In this document: positions 61,594 to 64,000 of the stretch, in pieces
Layout: every line of letters starts with the position of its first letter
Numbering within the stretch: the first letter of the stretch is position 1
DNA from: an uncultured Anaerolineales bacterium
GTDB lineage: Bacteria > Chloroflexota > Anaerolineae > Anaerolineales > UBA11858
Direction: 5' to 3'
Assembly (NCBI GenBank): GCA_964621835.1
Contig: CAZUMA010000005.1
Coordinates: 2,527-66,526 of the forward strand
Length of the DNA: 64,000 nucleotides
Translations under genes and position numbers: made by a program
Notes under the pieces: generated by a model
The model's database searches: none
What the model was told of the DNA's origin: nothing
The model's input: the letters and a program-made list of their open reading frames with translations, nothing else

Positions 61594-63510
61594 TTAATCC
61601 AGCGCTTGCTTCACTGAGGGAAAGAGAGCTAAATCTGTGTGGGGAAGAAACATCGCGGAGGTAAACGCATCATAGAAACGATTATCCGCAGAAAGCTCGA
61701 TATAAGTCATCCGGCTGGCGATCTCAGCGATTCTCTCCCGGGCTTGATGGGACAGCAGTGCCTGGTAGGCTCCTTTAATGGAGGTGTTCCCAAGAAACTG
61801 AAACCTCTCCCAATCCATATCCGGCAGCAGTCCAATTTGAATCGCTTTTTCAACGTTGATATACTGTCCAAAGGACCCGCCCACCAACACCTGTTCCACC
61901 ATCTCCAGCGGCACGCCCACACTGTCGGTCAAGACCGTAAATCCCGCGAAAATTGCAGCCTTGGTGCGGATCAGATTATCAATATCCACATCCGTGATGA
62001 CGATATCCTGACCTGTGTGAGTCTCCTCTGCCCGGGCAATCACATACTCTCCACCGTGCTCCCCGCGGCGGGTTCGGTTTGTTTCCAGGGTTGTGTCCAC
62101 CCCTCCGCTTTTATTCACCACCCCGGTCATAAACATCTCCGCCAGGAGGGAGATCAGGGCACTTCCGCATAGACCGCGGGGTTTCTTACCGCCAATCACA
62201 TGATAGGTGGGTTCAAAAGTTTCTCCGTTGATCCAGACATCATCGATTGCCCCCAGGGTCGCCCGCATCCCATGAAGCACCCCGGACCCTTCAAAAGCTG
62301 GCCCGGCAGAGCAGGCACAGGTCACCAACCATTCCTTGGATCCCAGGACAGTCTCACCATTGGTGCCCACATCCAAAAATAAGGTGACCTTCTCAGTGTC
62401 ATCCATCCCGGATGAGAGCACCCCGGCAGTGATATCAGCGCCCACATAGCTGGCAACTCCCGGCAGGCAGTCCACCACTGCTTGAGGATAGACCGCCACG
62501 CCAATTTCTGCTGCCTGCAGGAGGGGAATGTGATTGATCACGGTAACAAAGGGGGAGAGGCGGATGCTGGCGGCCGGAATGCCCAAAAACAGGTGCATCA
62601 TCGTGCTGTTGCCGGAGAGCGTGAGCTTATAGATGTCGTGTTTCTCTGCATCTGCCCGCTCACAAACCCGGTCCAGGAGCTCTTCAATGGTCCCCCGCAC
62701 CAGCGCCTGCATTTTTTCCCTGCCGTCATCCTTGCTGGCAAAAATAATCCGGGAGATGACATCATCGCCGCGGGCAATTTGACCATTGTATTCTGCAGCG
62801 GTGGCTTTCACCTCCCCGGAAAGCACATCCACCAACCAGACCGTGATCGTTGTTGTCCCGATATCTACTGCGGCCCCCCAGAGGGGATCCTCAGCGGGAA
62901 TCTGCCCTGGAAGAAGATCCAGCAGGCGAACGTCAGGAGCAGGGTCTTCCCAGCTGGGAGCATGGATCACCGCTGTGACCTGCCATTCCCCTTCCCGCAG
63001 AACATCACCCAGGCGACGGATGACTGCCAGATCTGATGTGAGGGAGCCAAATTCAACCGTTTGGCGCAGAGCGGTTTCCAACCGGCTCCAATCATCGGTC
63101 TGGTCTTCCATGGATGGCGCGGTCAGGGTGAGCGGCACCCGGCGGAGGGGTTGGTTGATCTGAGGCTGGTAGCCCTCAGGAACCACCACCTCCACCACCT
63201 GGTGATCGGTGGTCAGCCGCCGTTTTACCTGCTCCTGGGGAGGAATTGTCACCGAAACATCCCCCTCCACGACCGTTTGGCAAGCCAGGGCGTACCCCTG
63301 GGCCACATCATTGGCCGAGAGACGGAGGGTGCTGCGCCGGCGGACCTGCCCGGACTCCACTTTCACCGCACAGCGGCCGCAGCGGCCCTGCCCGCCGCAC
63401 GGCTGCAGCACATCGACCCCTGCCTGCTGAGCTGCTTCAGCCAGCGTCGTGCCTTCCGGGACCTGGACAGGTTGCTCAGCAAGGTCAAACTTCACGGAGT
63501 ATGCAGCCAT
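61594..63510 (-). CDS. corrinoid activation/regeneration protein (RACo/AcsV-like: 2Fe-2S ferredoxin + ASKHA ATPase, DUF4445)
   Basis: The N-terminus has LQPCGGQGRCGRCAV (plant-type 2Fe-2S Cys pattern). The ASKHA-type segments AVDIGTTTI and FLDVGTNGE follow. Length is 638 aa. Confidence 0.8.
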   Translation of the reverse strand: MAAYSVKFDLAEQPVQVPEGTTLAEAAQQAGVDVLQPCGGQGRCGRCAVKVESGQVRRRSTLRLSANDVAQGYALACQTVVEGDVSVTIPPQEQVKRRLTTDHQVVEVVVPEGYQPQINQPLRRVPLTLTAPSMEDQTDDWSRLETALRQTVEFGSLTSDLAVIRRLGDVLREGEWQVTAVIHAPSWEDPAPDVRLLDLLPGQIPAEDPLWGAAVDIGTTTITVWLVDVLSGEVKATAAEYNGQIARGDDVISRIIFASKDDGREKMQALVRGTIEELLDRVCERADAEKHDIYKLTLSGNSTMMHLFLGIPAASIRLSPFVTVINHIPLLQAAEIGVAVYPQAVVDCLPGVASYVGADITAGVLSSGMDDTEKVTLFLDVGTNGETVLGSKEWLVTCACSAGPAFEGSGVLHGMRATLGAIDDVWINGETFEPTYHVIGGKKPRGLCGSALISLLAEMFMTGVVNKSGGVDTTLETNRTRRGEHGGEYVIARAEETHTGQDIVITDVDIDNLIRTKAAIFAGFTVLTDSVGVPLEMVEQVLVGGSFGQYINVEKAIQIGLLPDMDWERFQFLGNTSIKGAYQALLSHQARERIAEIASRMTYIELSADNRFYDAFTSAMFLPHTDLALFPSVKQALD

Positions 63511-63541
63511 AAACGATTCCGTTTTCTGAAAGCAAAGGCGG

Positions 63542-63572
63542 TGACCAGGTCAGGTTGCCCAGGACCTGGTCA
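63542..63572 (-). other. perfect 10-bp intercistronic stem-loop between the AcsC-like and RACo-like genes
   Basis: TGACCAGGTC-11 nt-GACCTGGTCA lies in the 70-nt gap between the two genes. No clear U-tract follows. Confidence 0.5.
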
Positions 63573-63580
63573 TGGGTTTG

Positions 63581-64000
63581 CTATAAAACCTGTTTCATGT
63601 AGCTGGGAAGGTCCACCGCTTCTCTTGGACCCACCTTTACAGCCCAACCCGGCAGTTCCTCTTCCAGTTCACCGGATAAAACCGCCACATGTCCAGGAAG
63701 GACTATCCGTTTTTCCCCCGACAGTTTGGCGTCTGCCTCAAATTTCTTGACGTCCTTGGCAATGCTTACGGCGTCAAACTTCCCTGCAGCCCAGGCAGTG
63801 AGGACACTCATCCCCTCCGCATCCGAGACCAGCAGCCAGGCTGGAATCCCGGAGGATTCCACTTCATTGGCCACACTGAAGTAGGTGATGCTGAAATTGG
63901 TCGTCACCAGCATCGGATCCTCGGGTTTTGGATCATTGAGTTCGTAGATACCGGGGGTGACCTGGATGGGTTCCTGGGGGTTCGTGTACAGGTTTTCCCG
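63581..64000 (-). CDS. acsC: corrinoid iron-sulfur protein large subunit (AcsC/CdhE gamma-like), C-terminal part, 5' end outside window
   Basis: The frame is open from 64000 to the TAG at 63581. PMLVTTNFSITYFSVANEVESSGIPAWLLVSDAEGMSVLTAWAAGKF...VLPGHVAVLSGELEEELPGWAVKVGPREAVDLP matches my recollection of the corrinoid-binding C-terminal domain of AcsC. Confidence 0.65.
   Translation of the reverse strand, partial: RENLYTNPQEPIQVTPGIYELNDPKPEDPMLVTTNFSITYFSVANEVESSGIPAWLLVSDAEGMSVLTAWAAGKFDAVSIAKDVKKFEADAKLSGEKRIVLPGHVAVLSGELEEELPGWAVKVGPREAVDLPSYMKQVL

Noticed and set aside
1-64000. CRISPR arrays, rRNA genes, tmRNA, RNase P RNA, insertion sequences, toxin-antitoxin pairs and known defence systems.
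   Set aside because: I saw no regularly spaced direct repeats, no conserved rRNA, RNase P or tmRNA signature strings, and no transposase, integrase or cas-like ORFs on either strand.

Overview
This is a gene-dense, moderately GC-rich chromosomal segment. I support about 60 protein genes, one tRNA-Glu(UUC) and several intrinsic terminators and promoter-like sites. I saw no rRNA, CRISPR array, transposase, integrase or phage structural genes. Gene content is most compatible with an anaerobic Chloroflexota/Anaerolineae-like lineage, but that is inference only; the relevant genes are GatCA, LysM-M23 lipoproteins, GT-C/GT39-like membrane glycosyltransferases, CdaA-CdaR, and a corrinoid/methyl-branch module with AcsE-like, RACo-like and AcsC-like genes.

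Gene order:
- rsmG (partial), DUF4349 lipoprotein, metallophosphoesterase and a small DMT protein.
- Three tandem LysM-M23 peptidase paralogues, followed by a sharply AT-rich promoter island.
- A DUF2089 / beta-helix / SHOCT-like / PspC cluster, then an XRE-cupin regulator and a VIT-vWA surface protein.
- HAD hydrolase, gatA-gatC and an acyl-CoA dehydrogenase.
- Two giant polytopic GT-C-like membrane proteins plus a small membrane protein.
- A three-subunit acyl-CoA carboxylase.
- Assorted small genes: SRPBCC, two paralogous 116-aa membrane proteins, esterase, Gfo/Idh/MocA oxidoreductase, B3/4-domain protein, tocopherol-cyclase-like protein, cupin, SH3b-like secreted protein, AhpD-like protein, another GT-C protein and a GyrI-like protein.
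- Bifunctional nuclease, then dnaB, a DnaD-domain gene and an internally duplicated DnaC/DnaI-type ATPase.
- CDF transporter, amphi-Trp protein, inorganic pyrophosphatase, methyltransferase and tRNA-Glu.
- lepB, der, cdaR-cdaA and an extended coaE.
- A five-gene peptide/nickel-type ABC operon with a long leader.
- Malic enzyme and the corrinoid methyltransferase module.

I did not find a recognisable defence or mobile system. The candidates most worth a second look are:
1. The single-polypeptide tandem DnaC/DnaI-like loader, translationally coupled to dnaB through a DnaD-domain gene.
2. The consensus promoter, ~310-nt structured leader, coupled uORF and 14-nt repeats upstream of the ABC operon.
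3. The AT-rich tandem-promoter/palindrome island and GC-rich leader in front of the DUF2089-PspC envelope-stress-like cluster.
4. The triple LysM-M23 array with an unassigned central domain.

All family names come from my own motif recognition, not from database searches.
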